From an uncultured virus (IMG/VR IMGVR_UViG_3300009431_000005) (Duplodnaviria; Heunggongvirae; Uroviricota; Caudoviricetes), in the IMG/VR virus record IMGVR_UViG_3300009431_000005: a DNA stretch of 64,000 nt; one strand, written 5' to 3'. Numbering within the stretch: position 1 is the stretch's first letter; each line of letters begins with the position of its first letter. The notes beneath the pieces were generated by a model that had not been told where the DNA came from, made no database searches, and worked only from the letters and a program-made list of their open reading frames with translations. Shown here in pieces: positions 26,556-35,306 of the stretch. Made by a program: the position numbers and the translations under genes.

Positions 26556-26851
26556 CAGACAACTCCCTCCTCCACGGGCGTCGCGTTCTCGATGGCCTTC
26601 GCCACGAGCCGCTTGCAGCGTTGGCATTCGAGGTAGCCCGTCTGAACGCCGTGCGCACACCACTGGAACTGCGAGCCGAGAGCGAGCCGCGTCCCGCACA
26701 GAGGCCGACCGGCGACAGCGACGTGGACGAGGCCGCCGAAGCTGCCGGGCACGCCGTAGTAGCCGGTCGCCACGCTGGCTCCCTCCGGGCCTCGGAACTC
26801 GTACCGAGCCCAGCCGTGCAGCTTCACCTTGCCTGCCTTGAGACGGCTCAC
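26555..26851 (-). CDS. Cys/His-rich hypothetical protein
   Basis: VHVA...PLCG...CQRC, same H..LCG..CxxC pattern as its neighbour. Confidence 0.5.
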   Translation of the reverse strand: MSRLKAGKVKLHGWARYEFRGPEGASVATGYYGVPGSFGGLVHVAVAGRPLCGTRLALGSQFQWCAHGVQTGYLECQRCKRLVAKAIENATPVEEGVV

Positions 26852-27147
26852 GACGCGGTCTGGTTCCAGGGCCGATTCGGATTCCAAAGGCTCAGGCGCG
26901 CACGCGAGCCCAGGAGGATGAACACGGCGCACGTCCCGAGGATGACCGGGAACGCACAGAGGAGCGCAGCGACCGACCGCTGCGTCACGTACTCCTCGAA
27001 GAGTGGGCCAGACGGTGGGACGTGCGCTCCGAGGCCGTTCGCCTCCAGGAACCCCACACCGAGGGTGCTGGCCGACGCACCCGCGAGGAGAGCGAGAGCG
27101 ACGCAGGACAGGACGATGATCGAGTCGAGAATGATGTAGCGAATCAT
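26848..27147 (-). CDS. membrane protein
   Basis: Two hydrophobic segments. Confidence 0.45.
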   Translation of the reverse strand: MIRYIILDSIIVLSCVALALLAGASASTLGVGFLEANGLGAHVPPSGPLFEEYVTQRSVAALLCAFPVILGTCAVFILLGSRARLSLWNPNRPWNQTAS

Positions 27148-27392
27148 GATGCAACCCTCTTCTCCTCCCGGTTTTGCACGGCGCTCTGCCATGCGGTCCA
27201 CAGGTCCTCCTCCGACGTTCCGTGACTCTGCATCGCCTCGGCAACTGCGCGGACATGCCGCACCGGACGCTTCCGGTGCTTGCCCGCAGCGAGGCGATAC
27301 AGCGCGTGCGTGCTGACGCCCGTCGCGCCAGACAACGCAGCAATCCCCCCGGGGTAGCTGTTGAGCAGATCGAGCAGAGTCAGATCAGGCAT
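27144..27392 (-). CDS. Cro/XRE-like HTH protein
   Basis: GIAALSGATGVSTHALYRLAAG helix-turn-helix. Confidence 0.65.
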   Translation of the reverse strand: MPDLTLLDLLNSYPGGIAALSGATGVSTHALYRLAAGKHRKRPVRHVRAVAEAMQSHGTSEEDLWTAWQSAVQNREEKRVAS

Positions 27393-28342
27393 CACATGCC
27401 TCCAGGCTTCCGAAGCCACGTCCATGCGGACGAGGGCGAGTACGGATACGAGCTTCCCGCCGCAATGGCGATCACGCCCGCCTCCGGGTAGTCGAGGTTC
27501 TTCGCGGTGCGCACCGGCTCAACGGCACCGGGGTCGTCGACCTCCATGAAGTCGACGAGCCGGAAGCGCGCGTCCAGGTGCGGCTTCATCTGGAGCAGGC
27601 GACCCACGCGCACCTCAAAGGGCTTCGTGGCCTTCTGCTCCTTGAAGCGAGAGAGCGGCACAATGTCGGCCGCGAAAAAGAGCTGCCGGTCGTCGCACAG
27701 GAAGCCGTCGAGCACGAGCCCGGGGCCGTACACCGACGGCAGCTCGCAGTCCCCGTAGGGGAAGGTGTTGGCGCGCACGACCAGCTCGTGAGCCACCGTG
27801 TCGGAGATGCAATCGCCGCCGGTGTCGAGGAAGTGCGCGATCGGGCTCTCCAGCGGGTCGCGCACCACGAGCAGCACGCGATCGTACGACGGCTGGATGA
27901 GACCGAAGAAGAGGGGCTCGGGCGGGTCGTGGTCTTCGGAGACAGCGCCGGGCCGCACGAGCGGGAGCGTCCCCCACACGTTGACGGAACCGAAGCCGAC
28001 TCCCTCGAAGCCCTTGCGTAGCACGCGCGAGAACACGGGCCACGCTTTCGAGTCCGCCCAGCGGTCGAGCTGCGACTGCAGGTCTCCGCGAGCCTCCAGC
28101 GCCGCGTCGGCGAAGTACGCCCACTCCTCCTGCAGCGCACCATTGATCTCCTCTTCGCCCGAGAGCGGCGCAGGGACGACGTGCGGATGCCCGTCGAGTC
28201 CGAAGCGCACAAACGGGTCATAGGCCAGCTCCAGCACCTGCCGGAAGATGGCGTCGGTCGGATGCCGCGAGACGATCGCCGACTGCACGGTCGGCTCTTT
28301 CTCCGCCTCCAGCATCCGGATGATCGTGGCGGTTTCGGTCAT
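27392..28342 (-). CDS. ATP-dependent DNA ligase-like protein with degenerate catalytic motifs
   Basis: VLELAYDPFVRFG N-terminus as in phage ligases; IQPSYD, VLDGFL, FFAADIVP, EAGVIAI...Y in ligase motif order. Confidence 0.6.
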   Translation of the reverse strand: MTETATIIRMLEAEKEPTVQSAIVSRHPTDAIFRQVLELAYDPFVRFGLDGHPHVVPAPLSGEEEINGALQEEWAYFADAALEARGDLQSQLDRWADSKAWPVFSRVLRKGFEGVGFGSVNVWGTLPLVRPGAVSEDHDPPEPLFFGLIQPSYDRVLLVVRDPLESPIAHFLDTGGDCISDTVAHELVVRANTFPYGDCELPSVYGPGLVLDGFLCDDRQLFFAADIVPLSRFKEQKATKPFEVRVGRLLQMKPHLDARFRLVDFMEVDDPGAVEPVRTAKNLDYPEAGVIAIAAGSSYPYSPSSAWTWLRKPGGM

Positions 28343-28434
28343 AGGTCTCTCAGATTGAAGGGCCGGTCGCGGGTGTGAGCCCCACCGGCATCTACCGCAC
28401 CGCGCACCATGTAGCAGCGTGGCAGCACTCTCAG

Positions 28435-28875
28435 TCAGTCGGCGAACGTGACGCTGATGGCGTCGCTCAGGTTGAAGCCGAAGCCCTCAACGGGATCGCG
28501 GTACCAATACTGGAAGTGCCACGTCTCGCCAGGGAGGAAGGGGTGACCCGGGGGCATCTCGGCTCGCACGGTCCCATCCCCCGCGAAGAGGACAGGGCCG
28601 AAGCGATACCACGCGCCCATCGGGTTGATGCAGGAGAAGCCGTTACCGAACGGGATCTCCCAGGCGACCGTCCCGGCGACGAACTGCCCGAAGTTCGTGG
28701 GCAGCGCCGAGGCGGTCAGAGCGAAGTCCCCACTCGACAGGTCGAGGCTGCCCTCGCAGTCGATCACGGCCGCCTCGCCGGTCGAGTTGGGGTTGGTGGA
28801 ACAGTAGCGAGTGACCGACCCATCGCTTGCGAAGGCCGGTACCAAGAGGATGCAGAGTCCGAACAGGAGTCGCAT
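28435..28875 (-). CDS. secreted protein consisting of one Planctomycetota-type C-terminal domain
   Basis: Signal peptide then YCSTNPNSTG...PFGNGFSC...GETWHFQYWYRDP...FNLSDAISVTF. Confidence 0.7.
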   Translation of the reverse strand: MRLLFGLCILLVPAFASDGSVTRYCSTNPNSTGEAAVIDCEGSLDLSSGDFALTASALPTNFGQFVAGTVAWEIPFGNGFSCINPMGAWYRFGPVLFAGDGTVRAEMPPGHPFLPGETWHFQYWYRDPVEGFGFNLSDAISVTFAD

Positions 28876-28910
28876 GACACTCGGGGCTGAAGAAACGGAA
28901 CGGGCAGCAT

Positions 28911-29435
28911 TCACTCCGCGAACGTGAACGCGACCTTCTCGGAGTCCTTGCCCCGGGTGGTCGCCTTCTTGACGCCCGCGATGTACACCTCCTCGTCGAA
29001 CGCCTCCCCCTTCGCTTCAGCGAGCGCCTGCGCAGCCTCAACGGCCTTCTCCTGCCACTTCGGGCGCAGTTGACCCTTGGTGACGGGGAAGGCGACAACG
29101 CCGAGCCCGTGGCCGGGAACGGGCGTCTTGTCGAAGCCGTCGCCGAGGCGAGCTTTGCGCGCGGCGAGGCCGGACGACTCGCCCACCTGCTTGAGCAGGT
29201 CCGCGAGTTCGGGGAAGTAGCAGGCCGCAGCGATCATGTCCTGCGGCATCTCGTCGCCGTCCCCCATCTCATCCGCCTCTTCGACGAACCGCTCCGCCGT
29301 GGTGCGGAGCGCGTCGCGCAGGAGCTTGATGGAGTCGGCGAAGCCCGTGCCCGCAGGGAGCAGTCCCTCGGGGCGCGCGGCTTTGGTGGTGGTCTTCTTC
29401 TTCTTGACGACCTTCTTCTTGGGCGTGGTAGGCAT
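28911..29435 (-). CDS. hypothetical protein with Lys-rich N-terminus
   Basis: MPTTPKKKVVKKKKTT. Confidence 0.7.
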   Translation of the reverse strand: MPTTPKKKVVKKKKTTTKAARPEGLLPAGTGFADSIKLLRDALRTTAERFVEEADEMGDGDEMPQDMIAAACYFPELADLLKQVGESSGLAARKARLGDGFDKTPVPGHGLGVVAFPVTKGQLRPKWQEKAVEAAQALAEAKGEAFDEEVYIAGVKKATTRGKDSEKVAFTFAE

Positions 29436-29560
29436 CGGTGGTCTCGGTCAGGTTGCGACGATGGACGCAACGACTAGGAAAACGAGAGCGAGGGCGAGCG
29501 ACACGATGATGATGTCGCCAGCCCTCGAACCCTCTCTGCGAACGGGAACAGGCCAGGGCA

Positions 29561-30064
29561 TCAGACCCCCGGCTTGGTGTAGGTGGCTTCGAGGAACCGC
29601 TCGAACGCGAAGAGGTACGCCTTCTTGCGCTGCTCCAGACCCGGCTTCTTGCCAGAGCCCTTCGGGCAGCCCTCGTACTTGATCGCGGCGTACTTCTTGT
29701 AGCTCGCGTGGTCGAGCTTCTTCAGGACCTGCACGACGGTCTGGCGGACCTGCGAGGAGATCAGGTCGAGCTGGGACGCCTGCACGGTGTTCCCCGCCTC
29801 GTCCTGCACCTCGACGTTCTCCTCCTTCACGACCGCCGCCGCTTCGTCGTCGGCCTTGCTGCTCTGCGCCTCCTTCTTCGCCTTGGCCTTCGCCTCCTCG
29901 GGCGACAGCTCGGAGGGCGGGACGGCACCCGGGGCGAGTTCGCCCAGGCTGCTCATGTCGATCCCCGCGAGGGGGTCCTCCTCTTTCGCGGGCTCGGGCT
30001 GCGAGGGCTGCTCGGGCTCTTCGGAGTCGGGCATGTCTTCGAACGGCTTGTCCTTCTTGCTCAT
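29561..30064 (-). CDS. hypothetical protein
   Basis: ATG at 30064 (MSKKDKPFED), genome-typical codon use. Confidence 0.65.
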   Translation of the reverse strand: MSKKDKPFEDMPDSEEPEQPSQPEPAKEEDPLAGIDMSSLGELAPGAVPPSELSPEEAKAKAKKEAQSSKADDEAAAVVKEENVEVQDEAGNTVQASQLDLISSQVRQTVVQVLKKLDHASYKKYAAIKYEGCPKGSGKKPGLEQRKKAYLFAFERFLEATYTKPGV

Positions 30065-30167
30065 GGTGCTTCTCACATTGCTAGGGCCTTGCGGCCGGTT
30101 CTGGAATCGTCCCCTCCTTCTTCGACAGGACGACGGGCAGGGCTGGAGCCCTTCTCGCGCACGGCGC

Positions 30168-30410
30168 TCATTCGCCGGACGACTTCTCGCGCGGGTCCGT
30201 AGGCGACACGTTCTCCTGAACGGTGCCATCGACGCGCTTCGGGACGATCACGGGCGCACCGTGCTCGTCGGTTCCGCCCACGACCGACTCGTCCTCGACG
30301 ATCGGGCCGGGCTTCTTCTTCTTCTTCTTCCGGCTGGCAAAGCCAGCGGCGGAGGCTTCGGCGGTCATCCCAGCCTCGATGATGCGGCGGGACTTCTCGG
30401 ACTCGGTCAT
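30168..30410 (-). CDS. hypothetical protein
   Basis: GAGGAG SD; RKKKKKKP tract. Confidence 0.55.
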   Translation of the reverse strand: MTESEKSRRIIEAGMTAEASAAGFASRKKKKKKPGPIVEDESVVGGTDEHGAPVIVPKRVDGTVQENVSPTDPREKSSGE

Positions 30411-30422
30411 GGTTGGATCTCC

Positions 30423-31370
30423 TCAAGCGTTGGACAGATCGAACACGGGAACGGACAGACTGCGGTCGCGGTCCTTCCACCGCAACCGCGTGAGCTTCTG
30501 GCGGGAGGTCGGGATGCGCTCGATCATCCGCGCGTCGACGGCCTCGCGCACGGCGTCCCGACCGGGGTGGTCACCGCGATCCCCAACGGGCAGCGACATC
30601 AGGTAGCAGACCGGCGTGGCCGGGCCTTGTTTCTCGCGGCGGCTCACGAGGAGCACCTCCTCGTCACGCGACACGTCATCCTCGGGCACGCCTCCGGCGG
30701 GCTCCTCCTCGGACAGCTCGGGCGGCAGGTCGCGGCAGGTGTCGCACCGCTGGCAACCGCGAGGCGTCTCGGCTCCGCAGTCGACGCACGGCTGGTTGAC
30801 CCCGCAGATCGAGCACTCGGTGTCGTCCTCGTCGAGACCCATCCCGCAGTTCTCGCAGGTGCGATCCTCGGGCGGGTCGTCGAACAGCGGCGCAGCTTGG
30901 GAGAGGACCTCCGACTGACCTCGACGCGAGGGGTGGTCCTCGTCGGTGCCGAACAGGCGGCGGTAGCCTCGGCGCGATCGCGGCGCGACCTTCTCCTGGA
31001 AGCCGAAGCCCGCGCTCCAGACGCGGTGCAGCATGTCCAGGTACGCGGGCTCGGTCGCTTGCGAGGCCCGCTGCTCCTTGCCGACCGCGCTCTTGAAGTT
31101 GTCGTAGTTGAGGTCCCCGAAGAGTTGCGCGACGACCGGGACCACGTTCGCCTTCGGCGCGAAGATGCGGAAGCCATAGTCGGTCCCTGCGTTCTCGGCG
31201 ATCTCGAAGCTGCCGAGCTGCTCCGGGAACAGCCGCTGCAGGTTCTCCAGGTGCCGACGCGAGCGAGCGCGGACCATCAGGCGGTCGGGGTCGGGCGGGT
31301 TGGTCGAGCGACCATCACCCGTGCGAGCGCAGACGATCGAGAACTGCCCGTACTTCGTGAACAGCCACAT
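30423..31370 (-). CDS. hypothetical protein with C-terminal multi-zinc ribbon
   Basis: MWLFTKYGQFSIV...LMVRAR...TDYGFR...YDNFKSAV, then CENC..CSIC..CVDC..CQRCDTC. Confidence 0.7.
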   Translation of the reverse strand: MWLFTKYGQFSIVCARTGDGRSTNPPDPDRLMVRARSRRHLENLQRLFPEQLGSFEIAENAGTDYGFRIFAPKANVVPVVAQLFGDLNYDNFKSAVGKEQRASQATEPAYLDMLHRVWSAGFGFQEKVAPRSRRGYRRLFGTDEDHPSRRGQSEVLSQAAPLFDDPPEDRTCENCGMGLDEDDTECSICGVNQPCVDCGAETPRGCQRCDTCRDLPPELSEEEPAGGVPEDDVSRDEEVLLVSRREKQGPATPVCYLMSLPVGDRGDHPGRDAVREAVDARMIERIPTSRQKLTRLRWKDRDRSLSVPVFDLSNA

Positions 31371-31600
31371 CAGCGCACCTCCTCGACACGGACCTCGTAG
31401 CACTCGGCGATGTGCTCGACGTCGACCCGAGAGCCGGGGGTCTCCACGTCGACGAGCGCGATGGTGATGAGGTCGTCATCCTCCACCACCACGACGGTGG
31501 CATCAGGCACGTCCTCGTCGATGAGGCTCAAGGCGGCGGTGAGATACCCCTCGTGCTCTGGGCGAGGCGAGGCGGTGAGATTCAGGCGGGTAGCAGACAT
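31370..31600 (-). CDS. acidic hypothetical protein
   Basis: GGAGA SD; TGATG coupling. Confidence 0.6.
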   Translation of the reverse strand: MSATRLNLTASPRPEHEGYLTAALSLIDEDVPDATVVVVEDDDLITIALVDVETPGSRVDVEHIAECYEVRVEEVR

Positions 31601-31682
31601 TCGATTCTCCGGGCTGGGGGGCCGCCGGGGCAGCCCCAGTTGTGAATACTACCCCCTTCGACCCCCCACCGCCCCATCCTGA

Positions 31683-31708
31683 GCGCAAAAACGCGCAAAA
31701 ACGCGCAA
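31683..31708. repeat. 10-bp tandem repeat (GCGCAAAAAC x2.6)
   Basis: gcgcaaaaac gcgcaaaaac gcgcaa; phased A-tracts upstream of a TAGTAT -10-like hexamer on the minus strand. Confidence 0.8.
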
Positions 31709-31984
31709 CGGCCTCCAGGCCCCCCGAGGCCCCGCCAGGAGGCCCCCCAGGAGGCCCTGTGCGCGCTCCCCCAGGCCGAGGCCCCGAGAGCCGCACCCGA
31801 GACGAAAGACGCCCCTGCAGCCGGGTGGCGACCGCAGGGGCGCGAGGGAGCCATCCCCCAGGGAGGAGGGATGAGCGGCGGCCCGGACGGCGGGCGGGAC
31901 AGCGCCCCTCCGTAGGGGGAGGGAGGCGGCCCACCGCCGGGCCTACTGGATCGATTCGATTCGAGTCAGGAGAACAGGAGAGGA

Positions 31985-32119
31985 GGCACCGACGAATCAG
32001 CGCGGAGACCCGTGAGGACTGTTGCTCTACCAGTTGAGCTACCTACCGGCGAGGCCGGAGGACGGGGCTCGAACCCGCAACACACAGTTTTGATGTAGTC
32101 CCAGCAGGCATTCGGTGCC
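31985..32119 (-). ncRNA. YrlA-like Y RNA with permuted tRNA-like domain
   Basis: GGCACCGA...UCGGUGCC terminal helix; T arm GCGGGUUCGAGCCCCGU; closed acceptor-like hairpin CCGGC-CUC-GCCGG; D arm UAGCUCAACUGGUAGAGCA; downstream of Ro60. Confidence 0.9.
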
Positions 32120-32159
32120 AAGACCTCGTCGTCCGAAGAGACGCGGTCTGCACGAGAAG

Positions 32160-32273
32160 CGCCCTGACGAGCGGTTGCGAAGACCGTCCGGGCTTGCGCC
32201 CGAGCGCGGGGTTTGAACCCGCTCGCGCAATTGCTCACGCTTATCCATGTAGTCCCCACAGGCATTCAGGGCG
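32160..32273 (-). ncRNA. Y RNA-like, T-arm-containing
   Basis: CGCCCUGA...UCAGGGCG helix; GAAUGCC-N9-CUACAU motif; GCGGGUUCAAACCCCGC T arm; GCAA-capped hairpin. Confidence 0.8.
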
Positions 32274-32389
32274 TGTCCGAGAGAGCGAGGCCGGGAGGGA
32301 GGAGCCGGGGGTCAGCCGGTCATCTCCCGAACCCGCCAGCACGGACTCCCACGACCGCGCAGGTTGCTCTACACGGCGTGGTGAGAGAA

Positions 32390-32461
32390 GGCGCGACGAA
32401 GAAGTGAGGGAGGCGGCGTTGCCATCAGTTGAAGATGTAGCCCCCCTCTGGCATTCGCGCC
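32390..32461 (-). ncRNA. short Y RNA-like
   Basis: GGCGCGAAUGCC...CUACAUC...UUCGUCGCGCC. Confidence 0.75.
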
Positions 32462-32513
32462 AGTACGGGCGTCAGCGTGGGGCTGACGTGATCTGAGAAA
32501 GAGCGGGGAAGGT

Positions 32514-32584
32514 GGCCCCGACGAAGAGGCGCTGAGAGTGGGGTATCGTTAACAGCGATGTACTCCCAGCAGGCATTCGGAGCC
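32514..32584 (-). ncRNA. short Y RNA-like
   Basis: GGCUCCGAAUGCC...GUACAUC...UUCGUCGGGGCC, 14 nt after the Ro60 stop. Confidence 0.75.
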
Positions 32585-32598
32585 GTTCTCGTTTCCCC

Positions 32599-34200
32599 CT
32601 ACAGCTCGACCGCTTCGATGATGCCCAGCCAGTGACCGGGGGTCAAGGAGCCGTCGAGCATCCTTGCAGTCACGCGGAAGACCTCGTCGGAGAAGCCCCC
32701 CACGTTCAGGATGCCAGCGTTGTTCGGAGCCTGCACCTCGCGGTTGGGCTCCAGGTCGATGCAGACCATCTTCGCCTGCGGGCAGCGGTCGCGTAGGCGA
32801 CACCACTGCTCGAACAGGCCAGTCCCCCGGCGGAAGGTACGCCCGTGGCTGTCCATCCACGACTCGTCGTCGGAGACGAAGACCACGGCCGCGACATCGG
32901 CGCGGGTGCGGTTGAGCCGCTCCAGCGGAGCGGAGCAGTTGGTACCACCGCCGCACAGATCGGAGAGCCGACCGGCGGTGGTCATGACGGTGTCGCGCGG
33001 CTCGACACGGACATCGACCACGCTGTTGTTGAACGGCCAGACGGTGACGTTCTCCGGGTTCCTCCGCGCAAGCGCGGCGGCGATGAGACCGGCAACGTCC
33101 ACACGGCGCATCTTGGTGGTCCCACCCGTCCGCAGTCCGGTGATCGCGTGGTTCATCGACCAGGACACGTCGGGGAAGACGTACACCGGGCCGTCGAGCT
33201 TCGGGATGTTCTCAAGCGCGACCTCCATCGCGTCGTGCAGCGCCTGCATCAGCGCGCCCGGCATGTCGTGACGGACGTGCTTGTAGGCGGCCAGGAGCTG
33301 GTACGGGAACGCGCGGGCCTTCCGCACCTCCTCCGGATTCGCAAGACGCGAGGCGAGCTTGCGAGTCAGAGCGTCGTCCGCGAGGACGCCGTGACGGAGG
33401 AGGGTATTCAGGTTCATGCGGGTCCAGTGCCAGTTGCCACGCTCGGCCAGACGCGCCCAGTGCTCCCGGGTGAGCGGGAAGCGGTCCAGCGCGCGGAAGT
33501 CGAGGTTCGGCATCTGCTCCACGTCCAGCGACTCGCCGAACGCGAGGTACTGACGGACGATCTCCGGCAGCACCTCCTGATCGACGGCGTGCGCCTCCGG
33601 GTTGCGACCGGAGATGTAGCCGAACAGGGCACGGCGCGAGTCGGTACCCGGCTTCGGGTGCGCAAGGCGCAGCACGTCCGCGAGGTTCGGCTGCTGGCCG
33701 AACGAAGCACGGAAGACGCCCTCGTCGTCACGCGCGTCGAACCAGCCCTGCACGAGCCGCTTCAGACGGGCGCTCATCGCACGCCGACCCAGGACACCGG
33801 AGCGCAGGATCTGCACGAAGGTGCTGAGCATCTTCCCGTTGTCGATGACCTTCGGGAAGACGGCCTCCAGGATCCCGGGCTTGCCGTTGCTCTCGTCCAT
33901 CACGGACAGAGCGCCGACGAGCAGCGCGGGCGCGTCCTTCATGTACCCGTTCCTGCGGGCGTAGACCGCGAGCTTCCCGACGAAGGTCGCGTCGACACCC
34001 TCGGCTTCGAGCAGGTCGAGGAGCTGATCGAGTTCCTGCTCTGCGGAGGCGTAGAACGTGCCTCCGAGGAACCCGGTCATCACGACCTGCGCGAGCGCCT
34101 CACGGGGCGGAAGATTGTAGGCGAGACCCCCCGCGCGGTTGCGGGTGTCCGCAGCCGAAACGCGGCGGGATCCCGAGCGGAAAAGGGTCTTGTGGGCCAT
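32599..34200 (-). CDS. rsr: Ro60/Rsr TROVE-domain RNA-binding protein with vWA domain
   Basis: Start reassigned to ATG 34200; NRAGGLAY, GTFYASAEQ, YMKDAPALL, WTRMNLNTLLRHGV, KARAFPYQLLAAY, MIDAS-like DVSWSM, GGGTNCSAPL, VSDDESW, VGGFSDEVF. Confidence 0.92.
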   Translation of the reverse strand: MAHKTLFRSGSRRVSAADTRNRAGGLAYNLPPREALAQVVMTGFLGGTFYASAEQELDQLLDLLEAEGVDATFVGKLAVYARRNGYMKDAPALLVGALSVMDESNGKPGILEAVFPKVIDNGKMLSTFVQILRSGVLGRRAMSARLKRLVQGWFDARDDEGVFRASFGQQPNLADVLRLAHPKPGTDSRRALFGYISGRNPEAHAVDQEVLPEIVRQYLAFGESLDVEQMPNLDFRALDRFPLTREHWARLAERGNWHWTRMNLNTLLRHGVLADDALTRKLASRLANPEEVRKARAFPYQLLAAYKHVRHDMPGALMQALHDAMEVALENIPKLDGPVYVFPDVSWSMNHAITGLRTGGTTKMRRVDVAGLIAAALARRNPENVTVWPFNNSVVDVRVEPRDTVMTTAGRLSDLCGGGTNCSAPLERLNRTRADVAAVVFVSDDESWMDSHGRTFRRGTGLFEQWCRLRDRCPQAKMVCIDLEPNREVQAPNNAGILNVGGFSDEVFRVTARMLDGSLTPGHWLGIIEAVEL

Positions 34201-34316
34201 CGAATCACTCCTGAAAGACGCCTCCGGGGCGGAGGCGAGCTGGGAAACGGTACAGCGACCCCCCAGGAGTGCCAGCCCTTTGTCCGATTTTCCCCGGCCC
34301 GGCGGGCGGGTCCGAG

Positions 34317-35306
34317 TCAGACAGCCTCCAGGAGCCCGGCCCTCGACTCCAGCGGATCCCCGCAGGAGCAGCACGTTCCTGCCCCTTCCAAGAGGTTCTC
34401 GGGCAGGATCCCGTGGGCGTGGCCCTGCTGCTTGATCTTGCGGAGCTTCTTGATGTGCGTCCCCCGCGTCGGGGAGGACTGGTGCAGGGCGATCGCCGTC
34501 TCCTGGTCCGCCATCCGCACGAGCAGCCGGTCGCGGCAGTTCGTCAGGCACAGCGTCAGGCCGGAGCGCGGGACGGTCGGTAGCGTCTTCTTCGAGTACG
34601 GCGAGTGGTGCGCGAGATACCGGCACGAGTGGCACACCGTCTTCCGGTCCTTCTTCTTCGCGCCGATCATCCAATGGATCTTCACAGCCGCCGGGAGTCC
34701 GATCACGCGAGCCGAGTCATAGAACGACTCCAGCGCGTCGACGTACATCCGCACCCGTCGCGGCAACGGCATCACCCAGGTCTCGTCGATCACGGCCTGG
34801 ATCATCCCGTTGAGGAACTGCGTCTCGTGCCGCATCGCACCCTTGATCCACTTCTCGTCGTTCGGATCGGTGAGCTGCACGAGCTGCTTCCCAGGCAAGC
34901 CGCCCGTCCCCGTCCCCTGGATACCGGCAGAGCGCACGCCCGCGAGGAAGACCTCCTTCCACGCGACCTTCATCGTCTTGTGCATCCGCTGCCGAAACTC
35001 CTTCTCGTCGATCCCCCCGCCCAGGTAGCCGTTGATGTGCTTGTTGAGTTCGGGCTCGACGCGCTGCTGGACCTTCTTCAGCCGACGCTTGCCGACGGTC
35101 ACGCCGGACTTGCGCTCCTTGGCAAAGCCCTCTGGGTCGAGGAAGGACTGCATCGTCTTGTCGAGGTCGAGCAGGACGAGGTCGGTCTCCTTCGCGGTGC
35201 CGAGGGCCTTCCCCTCCCACAGCTCGCCCCCGAGCACCGCGTCTTCCCACGAGAGGAAGGACGGTGCGTACACGAACAGGTCGTCGTACTCGACGCGGAG
35301 GTTCAT
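34317..35306 (-). CDS. putative head morphogenesis protein (MuF/SPP1 gp7-like)
   Basis: Downstream of portal; IHW...VCHSC...LPTVP...CLTNCRDRL C-terminal Cys motif; start at ATG 35306. Confidence 0.55.
   Translation of the reverse strand: MNLRVEYDDLFVYAPSFLSWEDAVLGGELWEGKALGTAKETDLVLLDLDKTMQSFLDPEGFAKERKSGVTVGKRRLKKVQQRVEPELNKHINGYLGGGIDEKEFRQRMHKTMKVAWKEVFLAGVRSAGIQGTGTGGLPGKQLVQLTDPNDEKWIKGAMRHETQFLNGMIQAVIDETWVMPLPRRVRMYVDALESFYDSARVIGLPAAVKIHWMIGAKKKDRKTVCHSCRYLAHHSPYSKKTLPTVPRSGLTLCLTNCRDRLLVRMADQETAIALHQSSPTRGTHIKKLRKIKQQGHAHGILPENLLEGAGTCCSCGDPLESRAGLLEAV

Noticed and set aside
32010..32085. Canonical tRNA gene
   Set aside because: The T arm precedes the D arm, the acceptor stem is a closed hairpin and there is no anticodon loop; this is the YrlA-type tRNA mimic
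32300..32385. Fifth RNA or tRNA between Y RNAs (GUAGAGCAAC and GCGGGUUCG fragments)
   Set aside because: The T stem does not close and there is no Ro-binding helix or acceptor stem; at most a degenerate remnant
31985..32584. CRISPR array (recurring ATGTAGTCCC...GGCATTC motif)
   Set aside because: Repeats are degenerate, irregularly spaced and each pairs with its own distal complement; no cas genes in the window
32599..34674. 691 aa version of the Ro60 ORF
   Set aside because: The upstream 158 codons overlap the head morphogenesis gene in another frame; the TROVE sequence starts at ATG 34200 with an AGGAG SD
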